This document shows, piece after piece, positions 14,552-28,130 of a DNA stretch of 64,000 nt (position 1 is the first letter of the stretch; the number at the start of each line of letters is the position of its first letter). The translations under genes and the position numbers were made by a program. The notes beneath the pieces are model-generated. The model ran no database searches, was not told the origin of the DNA, and saw only the letters and a list, made by a program, of their open reading frames with translations. The DNA comes from the human T2T-CHM13v2.0 reference genome, Homo sapiens: the NCBI RefSeq assembly GCF_009914755.1, contig NC_060942.1; one strand, written 5' to 3'.

Positions 14552-16354
14552 CTTACTATAGCTATCCTGTTACTTGACATTTGAACAGCTAAATATTCTT
14601 TACAAGTTTAATGTTTTAATAAGAAACAAATTATCTATGTATTGCTCATGAATTTTTCAGTTAGTTTAATGGGATTTAAATATATCTCCCAACTTGGATT
14701 CATGCTTTTCTTATAATCAACGTATAGTTTACATTTCAGATTTCTTTTAAACTTGGAGGGCTGATTATGTGAGAGAAAAAAGCTATAGAAGTAGCTTATA
14801 AGAAGTGTTCTAATGTTGTTTCTACCACCGGACAATCTGTGTTTATCTTAGACATATTATTTCACCGCATCAGAGGCTCAATTTCCTCATCTGCTATGTG
14901 GCATTAAGAATAAATGTTGGAATTGTTGAAAACCCAAATTCTATAAAACACATGCAAGCACTTAAATAAGCAAGATATCTTCTTAAAAATAATGATGAAA
15001 AATTCTTAGGAAGCTTTAGTGTGTAATCATTATAATAACTAAATCTTCATGTACAAAACCTTAAGATAATTTATTATTGGAATAGAAATCCAATGGCATC
15101 ATTTTCTGAGTTGTCCCGAAATAATATAAACTTGCTTTTATTAAATCCCCGGTTGGGAGGGGCATCTGAGCTGTGAGGTGCCTGGGTTGCTCTTCCAAAC
15201 ACACATGCCTTTCTCTTTATCTCGTCATCTCTTTATTGGCTCTTACTCACGATCCCGTTTACTTTATTAGTTTGAGAGTGTAGCAAACTGTTGGTCTTTT
15301 AGCCAGAAATTGTTGGCCTGTGACTACGGCTCTATCATCTCAGATATGTTATATTTAAAATTTTTTATTTACTTAGTTTATGGTCTTAACTGACCTCTGT
15401 GTTAATTCCTCTATTTACTTGTACTCAATGGCTTCTTGATGATTCATCATCTTAGCAGCTTTTCTCAGGGCTGTTGGTAGCATGCAGCAATGAAAGCATT
15501 TTGTCTGCATTTACGTTCACTTGTTTACATCTTCTTCACTACATAAACAAGGGCTCTTTTATTAAACCCTTGCAATAGTTTTAGTGCCAATTATCCTATC
15601 TTGGCTCACTACACCAGAGTCTTCACACTCATCAAACATTTGCTTTACTTAAGCTATAACTATGATAAATTAAAAAAAAGAAGTACTTGGTGTCTCTCCC
15701 TCAGCCTTTGTTGTTGGGTCTTTCCTAAATGATTTCATGGCTTGTACTTATTCTATTTTTCAAAGTCTTTATGGTTTCAAACTATGGCCATTATTACTGA
15801 CTAATTTATAGAGGTTGCAGTCAGCCTTGTCCTAGCGGCTTAACCCAGTTTTGTTTCCAGGGGCAATATACATTGTTGAAGTTAATTGTTCCCTAACCAC
15901 TTTTTCCATATGGCAGAGTGAGTCTCTCTGTAATAGCTTTGGAATGATTTATCCAACGTGTGTCATTATGCCTTGGATATTGCTTGGGAAGTCTCTTGAA
16001 TCTTTGTTGGGCCATAACGTATTTCCAAGTAGATATGTTGAAACTGCTACCTTAAACCCACCAATTGCCTTAATTTTGTTGCCTGCATTAAGATCAGTTT
16101 GTAATATTTTCTCCACAAGTGAATTAAATGTTATTATCCTTATTATCATTATTGATGCTATCATTGTACAGGTGCAAAAATATTTCTATTTCCACTGTTT
16201 CTGAATCTTCCTCTATGGATCTACAGTTAGTGATTAGTACTATATTAATCATTCATTAACATATTTGGAGTTCCCTATTCATGCTGGAAACTAGTACAGG
16301 CTTTCAGTAAAGTTAGAAGCGACAGAGGATTGTGTGCTACCTCAATAGGCTTAG

Positions 16355-16600
16355 ACAGTGTAGTACAGTGTTTAAAACCAGGCTCAAAAGAGAGAGATAC
16401 AGTCTCTCACCTCCACTCCACTAGTGGTGGGAACCTGGAAAAGTGTCTCCTAGCTGTGATTTCTGCCTCTACATAGGAGAGAAAAAAATAGTACTTACTA
16501 TATAGGGCTGGTAAGGATTATAGGGGGTGGTGTGCTTAAGGTATCAAGTATGACACCTTGCAAATGACAAGCTCTCAATAAAAGGTCAACTATTATTGAC
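16355..16600 (+). mobile_element. MIR SINE
   Basis: agtgtagtacagtgtttaaaacc head and ctcaataaaaggtcaactattatt tail. Confidence 0.65.
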
Positions 16601-17429
16601 CAACATTAAACAATATTAAGTGTGATTTAAGCAGATAGAAGAACAAGAAGACACTTTAAAAAAATATCTATGGCTTTATTAACATCCAAGGAAAAAGATA
16701 ATAAATGACAGTGAGGCCAGATGCTGGGTGCATAGATCATGAAAACATTAGCCACCAAAGCACCTGGCTGCTTTACTGACACTTCCTTAGTCAACTGCAG
16801 AAGAGCAAAAAGAAAAAAAATAATTTATTTCCCTATCTCTGTATAATGAACTCTCTTGGCTGCATTGTTTGAAACAGTGAAGAAGTTTTGGTATTTGCAG
16901 CATACTTCATGGTTTGAAAATGTTGATATATATGTATTCTAACTTGATTATGTCAGGCCAGTAGAACAAAGACATTCCAATTTCCATGTCAAGGTGATAA
17001 CTGGATTATTTAGGTGTCAAAAGTACAAAATGTGTATTAAACCTCTCTCTGCCTTGGTGTAATGATATTCTGTATGGGAGACGTATACACAATAGTCCTG
17101 TACAAGTCAAACAAATAAGCGTGATCTGCACCAGGGCAATGGAGTGGGACAAGCGCTTATGAATCAGACACTTAACATTCAAAGAGAGATGGGCTCACTA
17201 AAGCTGACTGCTAAGATGGAGTCTTTAAAATGTGCTTAACTGCATGTGTCAGTTCATTCACGAAGGTTTTTACATTAAAAAAGAGAGCTACTTTATGAAA
17301 CCAGCTATCAAGTAGAATCTACACCACTTCATCACGTTTCACTCTGAGTTTATAGCAGAAAAACACACACACACATAGAGACACACACACACATGCATGC
17401 ACACACAATCCATCCTGGGAGTAACATTA

Positions 17430-17660
17430 AAGCAATTCAGTCACTGAGTGTTGAGCATCTGTTGTGGCCAGGCAGGCACTGTGCTAGGCTCTGGGGAGCC
17501 ACGGATGAAGAAGACAAGGAGCTTGTGATCTAACAATGGAAACAGAGGCTTATGTTTATTTCTTCCCACAGTGATCCATGCAATACCAAACAAGGGGCTT
17601 TGGGAACACAGAGGACGTAGTAAGAAATTCTGCTATGTGGTGGGTGAGGGATACAAAGAG
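17430..17660 (-). mobile_element. L2 3' end
   Basis: ttgagcatctgttgtggccaggcaggcactgtgctaggctctgggg. Confidence 0.7.
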
Positions 17661-18229
17661 AGAGGGGAACATATTGGTAAAGAATGTATACAATTCTATC
17701 TTTTAAAACTTAATGCTATTTATATTTCTAAATATATGAAATTTCAAAACCAATACCTGTGGAATTGAAACCTTCAGTATAGTCTGCCACATGTGCCAGC
17801 ATATCTGTCATAATGCCACCAAAAGTGATTATAGGTTACAGTGAAGATTAAAATAAGATAGAACCGCATTGAAAAGTCATTTTGACAAAACTCTACTTCT
17901 CTCTTCATATTGGTTGGTTGTTCAATCAAAATGAGCAGTTATTTTGGTGTTAAATGAAGAAAGATATTTGCAACTGAGAAAATTACCTGGTATCACATGC
18001 TTGTTATAATATTAACTAACTTCTCACCACCTCTCAGAAAATTTAATTAGCATTGACATGAATTGACAAGCTCTCGCCCTAAATCTGCTTCCATTAAAAA
18101 ATAATTACATTTATTAGTGTTATTGAACACATAGTTTATCCAATACAATCCTTCTGACTTCCTGAAGCTTGTCGGGTACCTGAGCTACTGCAATGGCATG
18201 CCTACTCAGCTATCCGTTTCCAAATGTTT

Positions 18230-18865
18230 CCCATTGTAACCATTCACTACACTGCCTTTGGGGTATGCTTTCCTTCCAAAAGACGGATCCATTCATATCA
18301 CCTCCTTGCTTCAGAACCTTCTGTGATTCCTGATGTCTAATAGAATAAAGCCTAGATGTGTTATCCTGGCATTCAAGACAATTCATGTTTTGATATCAAC
18401 CTAACTTTCCTGTCTCAAGTTCTGCCAATCTCAGTGATGCACTCCTGTCACCACTAACTACTTACTGTCCTTTGAGCCCTTTACTGTTCTTGCCCCTCTA
18501 GCCACCCATGCTTGTTGACTTGCTTCTTTATGGGAAAGCCCTCTTGTCTCATTTTCTGCTGCTGTGTGACCTTACACTTTAAGACCCAGCTAAATTGTTA
18601 CATTTGGGACATTTTTTCTGACCCTCCCTCTCAAAAGTTAATTGGATATGACCTTAACATGGTGCACATATTTCTGTAGAAGCTCATGTACATATCTCTC
18701 TCGAAGCAGGTATTCCTTCTTTGTGTTGCAGTTATGCATTTGTGGACATCTCTCTCTCTCCTTAATTAGAATCACCTTATACATCTCAAGAATAGGGACA
18801 ATGTTATTCATTTTTATATACTCAGAGCCTATCAGGTTCCTCAGGTTTTCTTCTATAAATAAACA
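18230..18865 (+). mobile_element. L2 LINE fragment
   Basis: catatcacctccttgcttcagaaccttctgtgattcc...cctggcattcaag...aagacccagctaaat, typical L2 3' body. Confidence 0.75.
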
Positions 18866-19079
18866 TTATATAGTCCAGCATCATTATCCTTACGTCACAA
18901 AAGAGGGATCCATGCTCAGAGAGGTTAGCGAACTTGGCTGAGGTCATACAAGTCCTGAACCCTTGGCCACACTTCACAGTGTCAACTGTTCACCATCATG
19001 TCTACAGATTTAAGGTTTTCTAGGAGTGCTCCTTTATCATCTGATTGACTTTTTTTCACATAGTACACAATTGTAGGCA

Positions 19080-19478
19080 TTCTGTTAGTTTGTTAGGGCC
19101 ACCATAACAAAGCACCATAGACAGGATGACTTAATTAAAAGGTATTTATTTCCTCACAGTTCTGGAGGCTGGAAGTCCAAGATCAAAGTGTCCGAAGGGT
19201 ATTTTTTTTTTCTGAGGCCTCTCTCCTTGGCTTATAGATGTAGATGGTCATTTTCTCCCTGTTTCCCCACATGGTCTTCCTCTTGTGTGTGTCTATGTCC
19301 TAATCTCTTCTTTTTATAAGGACACCAGTCACACTGTATTTAGGTCCACCTTAACAACCTCATTTTAACTTAATTATCTCCTTAAAGACTCTGTCTCCAA
19401 ATACAGTCACATTCTGAGGTACTGGAGATTCAAACTTCAACAGATAAATTTTGGGGGCACGCAATTCAGCCCATAACA
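19080..19478 (-). mobile_element. MLT1B-like MaLR solo LTR
   Basis: cacagttctggaggctggaagtccaagatcaa...tccaaatacagtcacattctgaggtact...ttcagcccataaca. Confidence 0.88.
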
Positions 19479-20605
19479 GATACCTCATTTATGCCAGGCA
19501 TCACGTTAAATGCTAAACTGAGCAATCTTTGAGGCTGACCCTACCGATGTTCATAAAGTTGGTAACAAATCACGTACTATCATTTTCATTGACCCTTAAG
19601 TATTTATGGTAGGGGAGGGGGCACAATAGAAACTGCAGATACAGTTTTCTTGGAAATTAATTAACTGGAAAAATGATTTTTTCATCTCATTTTCCCTTTG
19701 GCACTGTCAGAATCTCCAACCACCCTGGAGTCCTTTGCTCCAGAGAGAGGTCAGAGAAGGTGCCCTGTTCTAATTGTCAGAAACCCCATATTAGAATGTC
19801 TTGACTGACAACGCCACAAGTATGCTTACCACCTCAGTATTTATGATTTTCCTTGTAATTCTTGCTCTGACTGCAAATGGTTAATATTGTAAAATCACCA
19901 AAGTAAGGGAAACTGCTAAAATTTACAGAGCAAATTAGGAGTGCAGCATGAATTGGAAATCTCTTTCCCTAAGTGCCTGAGTTCTTTCCTTAATGCTGTG
20001 AATCATGGAATAAAGGACTTTAGGTAAAAGGCTGGAAAGTTTTCTCTTCCTATAGTCAAAGGGGCCAAGATTTCTCATGCCTTCTGAAGGCAACATATCC
20101 TGTAAATGATGACAATACTGGTCACAGCCTTAATGCCCACATAAAAGAGCAATTGTGAGAGAGTCACCTTCCTCCAGTCGTCTCTTTAAGTCCCTTGCGT
20201 GTCTCGATCACTTTTAAATCACCACACTCTTTCTTCTCTGCGGCAACGGTGAACCCAGAAGGCCCAAACATCTAAAACATCTTCTCCCCAGGGCTTCTTC
20301 TAACTCAATAAGAAAGTTTAAAACTCCTGACAAAGTCTCCTGTCTTTTTCTCCCTTCATGTTCCCTCCAGCGTCTTCCGTTTCTATTTCCCTCTGTGATG
20401 TGAAGTATTACAGATTCAGAAATACAATGTTTTGTGAATACTGGAGAACTCAAAGACCAAAGAGGCAATGAGCAAACACACAACACACTATCTGAGACAA
20501 TAAAGCACTAGACAAGGTTTAGAGGTGTGACCTTGCACAGCTGGGCTCAGGGTGCAAAAATCAGGCATAGGAAAGTTTTACCAGGGGGATCCAGGCATAA
20601 ATAAG

Positions 20606-20946
20606 TGTCTTAGTCTATTTTGTGCTGATATTACAGAATACCTGAGAGTGGGTAATGTATAATGAACAGAAATTTATTTCGCTCATGGTTCTGGTGGCTG
20701 GAAAGTCCTAGATTGAGGGATTGCATCTGGTGGGGGCCTTCTTGATGCATCATAACATGGTGGAAAGCATCACATGGGCAAGAGAGAGGGGTCCAAACTT
20801 GCTTTTATAACACACCTACTCTTACAATAAGGAAGGCAGAGCCCTCAAGACCAAATTCCGTTTTAAAGGTTTTACCTTGCAACATTGTTGCATTGAGGAT
20901 TAAGTTTCCAGCACAGAACTTTGAGGAGTACATACAAACCATAGCA
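20606..20946 (-). mobile_element. MSTC/MSTD-like MaLR solo LTR
   Basis: tgtcttagtc...aaaccatagca ends with 5-bp TSD ataag. Confidence 0.88.
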
Positions 20947-21368
20947 ATAAGTAAGACCTATAGTGTTTTAGAAATGTCCAGCCAATACCTGCATGCTTTA
21001 CGACTGTCTCCATAGCTTTATTTTCCTTGGACTTTTTCATATACTTACAACTTATATGGAAACCTTCCGTTGCTTAATAAATGTCTCTACTTTATAAAAC
21101 ACTGTATTTCTGAGCCAGCTTTGTCATTTTTAGTTGTTTCGAGAAGTCCTTGACTATCCTTTCCTTTATTCTGCTTTCTCTATTAGTGGGACTACATTTC
21201 TTCCCTTCTTGTGGGAATGTCATAATTAGTTACTGGGCCTTCTAGTATCAGGTTAAGAGAAGATAGGGGGAGGGGATAACAATAGAGTTGGTAAACCCAG
21301 TGAGGGCTACTGGCAGGAGACTAACCTTCACAGAGTGAGATATATGTGTTTGCTTGTGGATTTTACTA

Positions 21369-21448
21369 TTGAGTTGGTGCAAAAGTAATCAATGGTTTTT
21401 GCCATTGAAAGTAATGGCAGAAACCACAATTTTTTTGCACCAACCTAA
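21369..21448. mobile_element. MADE1 (Hsmar1-derived MITE)
   Basis: 80-bp palindrome gttggtgcaaaagtaat...ttttgcaccaacctaa flanked by TA. Confidence 0.95.
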
Positions 21449-21989
21449 TATTTTGAAAAGTAATCTGGGACTACCAATATGAAACAAGTTTTGTATGAAG
21501 GAAACCACAACCCAGTGTTCAGAATCCTCCTAATTTCTTTATCTCCCTTCTTTTCCTGCGTACGAAGCTTTCCACCTCCCTCCACTCAGCTTGAGAAATG
21601 TCTGAAGTGGGAATAACTGGAAAGGACCACCTGTGGGAATTTAAAGGATCCAAGAGAAGGCTTAAGCCTTGTCTACTGCCATGTAGGTCAGAGGCAGGAG
21701 CAGCTTCAGGAAAGGGCATGGGGATAAGGGGGCAACAGGAGAAACAAAGGGACTGTCTTTGTTGTGCTTTCCTGCCTGGAACGTGTCCACATAGGAATTT
21801 CCAGAGAGTCTGGGCCCAGGGCTCCTGCCTGGTACAAAGCGATAGGCTGGCTTGACCAGAGGGAGAACCGCCCACATTTTTACATTTCCTTCCCTGCTCT
21901 TCCTCTCCTATCTGGTATGGTATAAATGGAAATCTTGAGTCATAAACTTCTTGTGTCTTCTCTGTAGTTCTGATCCCAGCTGGCTGCAA

Positions 21990-22165
21990 ACCAGATGTTT
22001 GATCTTAAATAGGTAGTTTTTACCTCTCAGGGCTCCAGTTTCCTCATTTGTGAAATTGAGCTAACAATACTTACTTTGCAGGTTTGTCGTGAGGATTAAA
22101 TTGAAAAGCCACAGGAAAGAACCTAAAAGCTTGTCTGGTATGCAGTAGGCACTCACTGTGTGTCT
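21990..22165 (+). mobile_element. MIR SINE
   Basis: cagtttcctcatttgtgaaatt...gtgaggattaaat. Confidence 0.8.
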
Positions 22166-22439
22166 ATTGTTGAGGGCAGAGATGGTTTTCCTCTCAATCC
22201 CTCCAGGCCACAGCATGTCAGACAGTTCCCTGTACAAAGCAGGTGCTGGACAAATGTTAAATAAAGTAGGTCATAAAGCTGTGCCTTTGAGGAACCATGG
22301 AGCTCCACATGTGGGTTTCTCTGTTCCCTGATGCTCTCTCTGCCCGACCCCACACACACCCTTCCCTCAGGCCACTGGGGAACAACAACTTTGAACTTAG
22401 CTGTGGTTTCATTACTCTATGCTTCTTCTATGCAGCTAT

Positions 22440-22660
22440 GCTGAAATGCACATCTCCTTCTTTACTCAGTTCCACACACACCCTTTTAAATTCAGCTTGA
22501 ATGTCCCTTCTTCTGGGAAGCTTTCCCTGACTCCTGCCACCCGTTCAGGGTGTCCCTTTTCTGTGCTGCCACAGCACAAATGACACTTCACTGTCCTGGT
22601 CAAGGGAATTGTCTTTTTGCCCCATCGGCCCAAGGGCACTCCTTGTGCTCTGCTGAATGA
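22440..22660 (+). mobile_element. L2 fragment
   Basis: cagcttgaatgtcccttcttctgggaagctttccctgac. Confidence 0.6.
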
Positions 22661-23319
22661 ACATCCCCAGGGCTAGAGCCAGGGCCGAAAACAGAGAGAG
22701 AACCTTAAAAAGGACCTTTCGTGACCAAATGCAGGGCCAAACGAATGAACGTGACAATGTGGCTCTTTAATAGTGATGGAGTTTGAGTCATAAGCTGAAT
22801 CACATTTCAGCAGATTGGGCCATCAACACAGCCCAGTGGCCCTGGAGGACAAGAAGTCTGTGGCCACAGGAAGGTGGAGAAGTTTCTGAAAATGCATTCC
22901 TCCTCTCCTCACAAACACACACTATGCCAGAGTTATGCAGAAAAAGGAAATGTTCAACATGTTGCAAATGGAAGAAACTAGAGGAAACGATGTTCTCCAT
23001 TCCACCCAATACTACCTCCCTTAGTACTATTTGTGGGAATAATGGATGTGGCACTGTCAGAGCCAGATGGATGCGTCCCTAAAGGACGTGCAAGCTTGGC
23101 TGTGGGTCCGCAAATCCCTCACTGTTGAGAACTACCCAGGGCATACCTTGCTTTCAGGAATCACTGCAAATGGAATGTTATGGACTATTACGATAATCAA
23201 TTAATAATCAATTAGTTTAGTAATCTTCTCTTGTAGAAAACCTGCTTAAACAATGATGAATCATGCAAACTCACTCAGGGCTGAAAGATGATAGAGTGGA
23301 GGAAAAAGTAGCTTTGCGG

Positions 23320-23322
<3 letters not shown>

Positions 23323-23361
<39 letters not shown>

Positions 23362-23395
23362 GAAAGAAAGAAAGAAGGAAAGAAAAAAAAAAAAA
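23323..23395. repeat. Compound microsatellite (AC)18-(GAAA)n-poly(A)
   Basis: Read directly from the sequence. Confidence 0.97.
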
Positions 23396-23665
23396 CTTAG
23401 AAAACAAATCCCCAAGCTTGACTGTCTCTGGAAAATGAATTCCACAGGCACTGACTCCAAGATGTTTTATCGAATGTGCTTTAGACTTGTAGGTGATGCA
23501 TTGTCCCTCAGAGTCATTAAAAGAAACCCAGATAGCTGTAACGCAGCTTAGCTTCCAAGAAGTGCAGACTGTCCACACTTGTACTTCCGCACAATATATG
23601 GTTATTGTTAGATGTGAACATCCCCACATGCTGCCTGGATGGGGGTCTCTTTGTCTTTTATTCAG

Positions 23666-23817
23666 ATGTGGGATAAGGATGCTTTCAGCACAGCAAGATG
23701 ACAGCCATGCCTCCCCACTCAGAGCAGCCTCACAGTCCAAGCACAAGACAGAAACGAAAAGTTCCTTTGTTTGTAAGGCAATGCCCATCTTTTGTCATTC
23801 AGGCCCCCAAAGCTAAG
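23666..23817 (+). ncRNA. Candidate non-coding internal exon (152 nt)
   Basis: Acceptor tctctttgtcttttattcag|A, donor AAG|gtatgt; all three frames hit stops. Confidence 0.35.
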
Positions 23818-26146
23818 GTATGTGCGGATCATTTTAGAATAATTTCAGTACTTTCTAAAAGACACAATCTCTACTAATTTTTTGGTCAGGAATGATGTTA
23901 GGAAAGCTTTATAATCTATTGTTGTGGGCAGTATACACTGAAGGCATTTAGGGCTGTGCTAAGAAAAAAAAACGTGGGTTTGTATTTCACTGGAAACAGA
24001 ATGGTCATTATCCAGAATCCAGATGACGGCTCCCTTTGTGACACTGCTTTGGGTGGGGGGCGGGGGTGGGGGGTCCAACAAAAACCCTGCCCTTTCTACA
24101 AAAGACACTGGCCGAGAAATCCTCAAGGGAATGCTACACTGACTTCTCAGACTTTGGGGAGGCAGCCTCAGGCATTTTGTGTTCAGGATGCTGAACCTCA
24201 GAGCAGGATCTCACTTCATTTTTTTGGCAGAGAGGGCAGGGAATGTTGATGACTGAAGATTTGCCCGAACGGAAGCCAACAGGGTGGCAAAGTTTATTGA
24301 TCCCACTGCAACCCTGGCCCCCAGGGAGTGCCTGATTACATCTTAATGTTTTTCTAATGTATCTCAGCATCACAGCAGTAGACATTTCTTTGCAGAGAAA
24401 CCGTGCAAGACGTTGTACATCCTGGGCGGGGAGGGTAATTCCTGTCCCCTGGAACCTCAGCTTCTTCTAGAGCATCTAAAGAGGAAGCCAATATTTTAAG
24501 ACTCAGAGATACTTTTGAGTAGAACATTTTTATTTTCCATGCTTCCCTTTTCTCCTAACTGACCTGTGGTGTGTGGGCGTGGGTGATTGTGTACTAAAAT
24601 GATGATGTGAGTGGTCTTTTCCATTCCTGTTATGAACAATGGTGGAGTAAATAATTTTCACCTCCTGCTCCCAAGAATTGTGTTTTCTCATTTGCAACAT
24701 ACTGATTAAAATGGTTGAACTGAATACATTTTTATATAAATGCACATTTTAAGGATTTATTTTAAGCCTGAGATTATCATTATTTTCTTTCATCACTCAT
24801 TTCTGGTGACACTTAAACCAACAACTCTATGGAAGGGACCAGCAGATGTCACTGTAGTTCTGTTCATTCATCTCTTCTCTTGACGGGATTCAAGTTCTAT
24901 CCTTTTGGGCACAGCCGATCACATTTCTTATTTAATCAAAGCATAATGCATCATAACATTTGTAATTTTGTGTTGTTATTGTTCGTTCATTGTGTGTGGA
25001 ATCGGATACATATCTTTGCAAACAGAGATACAAACTATAAAGTAGCCCAGATACCCCCAGTGAGGTGTAGAAATCAAAGGCCCTGCTGGGGAGCCATGAT
25101 AAGGCGTAGGGACAAAAGAGCAGTGAGGGGCATGTGCACAGTGACCCCCATTCCGATGGACAGCCTCAGGACTGAAGAAGGACACATTCTGTCCATTCTT
25201 ATGAAGGGCTTTCAGGGAGAGGCAGCTGGGTGCCAATGCTGGGTACAAGGGAAGATCTCATGTCCAGGGATGGCGGAGACCTGCTCATTAGCAGGGAGGA
25301 GAACAAGAATTGGAAACCTGGTGATTCTTAAGGGATGAAGTTTCTGGGGTCCAGTGTTCTCTTCTCTGAATTTAAAAAATCACTGCAGAGTCGTGTGTAA
25401 AGAAAGATTCATGTGTTAATTTCGAGTCTTGGTTCAGTGGAAGGTACGGTATAGTGTCTGGGAAAGTCAGTGTTTGAGGAAGAGAGGCTGAGCACAAAAT
25501 GAAGAAAGCAAGACTATCTGCTTGACTTTGCCTTCCACATAACAGAAAGAAAGTCAATGTTGAGTTAAAAAATCAGAAAGGGCTTTGTTTGGAAAGTAAT
25601 CACATCTCTTCTGCTAAAGAGAAAACTCTTTTTTTTGGCCCTTACTTTTAGTAACTTTATGTATAACAGGTGAAGAACATGGATGAACCATGATATGTTA
25701 CTTATTCACAGAGGCTGGCCTTATGCCAAGATCACTTAGGAATAAGTCAATGGAATCCTAGAGCCTGTGACAGGAGCTGTGCTAATGGGATGAGCCCTCT
25801 TAACAGAAGTCATCATACCCCCCTATTGCCAAATCATTCAGCTCCCCCATTAGCAAAAGCTGGGCTTTTATGAACTGATGTCCTTTCTAGATGGACACAT
25901 TTGATGGAAGGTGTGTGTCTTGGATGAGGTCTTCCTGCTCACCCCATCAATCAGCATCTCCCACACATATATGCAGCTGCTGAGGAAGGGGTTGGATTAT
26001 CCAATAATATAGCCAGTCCTAGTTCTACCTTACATGTTGCTATTTTGATTTAATTTTTCCAAGAAGTTTGAGCCAAAGTCATCTTTTGAAAACCAGATTC
26101 TCTGCTAGGCATTTTTCTTTCCCTTCCTCTCCTCCTCCTCCATCTT

Positions 26147-26783
26147 TGTAGTACTAGCCTGCAAAATGACTTCCAATGAATGATTTCTCATGCCTTTGTG
26201 TCATCTCCTTCTACACTGCATCAGGCTTGGTCTGTATTACCAGTGAAATATGGTGGAAACAATGGTGTAAATTTCTAAAGCTAGATCATAAAGGACATCA
26301 TAGCTTCCACTTTTCTTCCTCTCGGTTCACTCATTCTGCGGGAAGTCAGCTGCCATGACATAAAGACACCCCAGCAGCATATGGAGAGGTCCATGTGAGA
26401 GGAACTGATGCCTCCTGCCAACAGCTATCACCAACTTTTCAGCCATGTGAATGAGCCATCTTGAAAGTGGTCCTTCAGCCCCAGTCAAGCCTTCAGATGA
26501 CCATAGTTCCATCTGACATCTTGACTGCAACTTCATGAGAGACTCTGAGCTAAAACCATCCAGTTGAGCTGTTCCCAAGTCCCTGACCCCCTGAAACTGT
26601 GAGAGATTATAAAGATGTTTTTCTTGTTTTAGAGATCCAGGACTAGGGTGAAGTAAGCCAGGTACCTAGGGTACAAATTTAAGGAATCAATCATTCTCAA
26701 GGTGATGGACATGCAGGGTCACTAGCCTCACCTGTGTTTTAAGTCATTAAGTAATTTGTACTAAGCTATAGATAAGTGATACA
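26147..26783 (+). mobile_element. MLT1F-like MaLR solo LTR
   Basis: tgtag...gataca ends; agccccagtcaagccttcagatgac and ttgactgcaacttcatgagagac motifs. Confidence 0.85.
26632..26734. mobile_element. MER96-like hAT MITE (internally deleted) inserted in MLT1F
   Basis: caggactagggtga...cctagggtacaaatttaagga; flanked by a tgtttta direct repeat. Confidence 0.7.
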
Positions 26784-27879
26784 GTCGGTCTTCTTCTCCT
26801 CTTCCTCCTCCTTCTTCTTCTTTCTTTGCCCCTTTGTTGTATTGCATTCATCTAGGCTCATTCTGACCTCCTAGAGTTTTGTCAATTATTTCTCTTCAGG
26901 CTTCCTGCTACCAGAAGCTGTGCTGTAACTAACCTCCTAGAGATACCTCATTTGATTTAGGGTCCAATAGTGTAGTCTTTTATGTTAACCAATTAATTTA
27001 GAAAACAAAAGAGCCACAACCATCATGCAGTCTCTACGTTTCTAGTATTGATACATACTAATGGCATCTTTATCAGGTGTTATCATATCAAGAAGATATT
27101 AATGCCTCTCTCCTACCACAAGTCGTGATAGTAGAGAACATTTTTCATGATGTGAAACAATGGGTTTGTGGTTTAGAACACAGCCTGGAGTCACTGGGGG
27201 GATGAAGTAATAGCTAAAGTTAATGTAGGTCAATAAGAACCAGAGGCTTTTCAGTAAAGACAGGGTGGCCAAAGACAAAGACTTTCATGAGAGGATCAAG
27301 GACAAACATCTAATTCAAAACCATAGAGCAGCTAATGTCAAATGCTTGCTCAAACTTTAGTTGAGCAGAGATTGATAGATGCTACTGCAAGACTAACATT
27401 TTCTGATCACTTCCAGAATGTGTCTACATACTCAACGATAATAAAATACACATTTTCAGCCCACTTTTTTTTTTCTGATTCCAAAAGATTCATGTGACTA
27501 TAGAGCTGTAAATGAAAGCGGGCCATTTATTTTATTCTTTTGCCTTTTGGCAAGTTTGAAGTTCTTTCTACGCTTTTGTTAAAGATCATACTTCCAGCAA
27601 ATCCAATGCAGTTCGGGAGCCCTTCTAGGTTCACCTACTCTACCAAGGTGGTAAGGAATCATCAACATCTTATTCAGTTGAATGATTACTCACACAATGT
27701 ACCCTGGAAAAGTGTTTTTAACAAAGATATGCTCAGATGTGCTGAGAGTTGATGAAAATAAAATGAAGGGGACCAGCGTGCTCTTATTCCCCTTGAAAGA
27801 TTTAGTACCACTGGTGTATTATTAAATCTGAAGACAAAGCAAACTCCTAGCAAACACTGAAAGGAACCAGTATTTAAGT

Positions 27880-28130
27880 ATAATAATAAGTAATAATAAT
27901 AGTAACAAGAAGAAGGAGAACAAGGTGAGTAAAGAACAATAGCACCAGCCACATCTATTGAGCATCAACCATCCAGGCACTGTCTTGTGTGCTTTGTATG
28001 GCTTTACCTATATAATGGTCACAACAACCCAGTGAAAGACCCCACTGCTACGTACCCTGAGAGAGGACACTGAGACACACACAGAAATAAGGTAATCAGA
28101 GATCAGACCTGCCAATAAGAGGTAGATTCA
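27880..28130 (-). mobile_element. MIR SINE
   Basis: tattgagcatcaaccatccaggcactgt...cacaacaacccagtga. Confidence 0.6.

Noticed and set aside
24829-25338. 169-aa ATG-initiated ORF
   Set aside because: No recognisable domain or supporting exon structure; plausible by chance in 64 kb
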